Source: Sandaracinaceae bacterium (GTDB lineage Bacteria; Myxococcota_A; Polyangia; Polyangiales; Sandaracinaceae). From it: a DNA stretch of 64,000 nucleotides. The notes under the pieces were generated by a model that saw nothing but the letters and a program-made list of their open reading frames with translations, ran no database searches and was not told where the DNA came from. This document shows positions 63,727-64,000 of this stretch, piece after piece. Position 1 is the first letter of the stretch. Each line of letters begins with the position of its first letter. Where the stretch lies: positions 13,013 to 77,012 of the forward strand of contig JBGAQA010000028.1 in NCBI GenBank assembly GCA_044220955.1. Direction: 5' to 3'. Made by a program: the position numbers and the translations under genes.

Positions 63727-63930
63727 CCTCGCGCTGTCGCTGCACTCCCCGGACGGGGACCTGCGGTCGGAGATCATGCCCGTGAACGACCGCTACCCGC
63801 TCGACCAGGTGCTCGCCGCGTGCGATCGCGGGTACGAGCGGCGCCGGCGGATGGTCTTCATCGAGTACGTGATGCTCGCCGGCGTCAACGACCGCTACGA
63901 GCAGGCGCAGGCGCTCACGAAGCTGCTCGA
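63722..63930 (+). pseudogene. rlmN: Internal fragment of an RlmN-like radical SAM methyltransferase
   Basis: Not in the ORF track. Frame from 63722: IRLALSLHSPDGDLRSEIMPVNDRYPLDQVL..VFIEYVMLAGVND; no N-terminus and no following VNLIP motif. Confidence 0.75.
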
Positions 63931-64000
63931 ATCCCTGCCCGCGCTCGACGGCGTCGGGTTCAACGCGGACGAGGTGCAGGAGCTGCTCGACTCGCTTCTC

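Overview
A very GC-rich chromosomal segment, most likely from a myxobacterium (Myxococcota, Polyangiales/Sandaracinus-like). This assignment is inferred from a MYXO-CTERM-like sorting tail, many Cys-rich 'DAG'-linker lipoproteins, a Hanks kinase-ATPase-TPR protein, type IV pilus genes and an apparent AUC-initiated infC. It is mostly core genome: mlaF/mlaD, tRNA-Val(GAC)-thrS-infC, purM, glpD, pilT/pilC/pilS-like kinase, map, a topo IV-like A-then-B pair, purE/purK, a CCA-adding enzyme, ppk1, the rimP-nusA-ylxR/L7Ae-infB-DUF503-rbfA-nrnA-truB operon and rpoZ. I found no CRISPR array, integrase, transposase or rRNA. Best candidates for new biology: (1) a TPR protein with a C-terminal domain resembling a TFIIB/TFB cyclin-HTH repeat; (2) a divergent circularly permuted ATP-grasp ligase / M32 carboxypeptidase pair followed by a MoxR ATPase; (3) a rearranged pil locus with a degenerate receiver-like gene; (4) 'MTT...PEARS' mini-ORFs that bridge adjacent genes through double ATGA overlaps; (5) a four-hairpin thrS leader with a CGU loop; (6) recurrent -10 boxes directly before start codons, suggesting leaderless mRNAs; (7) a sharply AT-recoded patch inside a glycosyltransferase; (8) a bacterial ceramide-synthase-like GNAT. 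Three anomalies probably reflect assembly errors and need read-level checks: a degenerate duplication in purK, a deletion plus frameshift in the M32 gene, and a YqgE/RlmN chimera at the window end. All product calls come from motif recognition by eye; no database searches were run.
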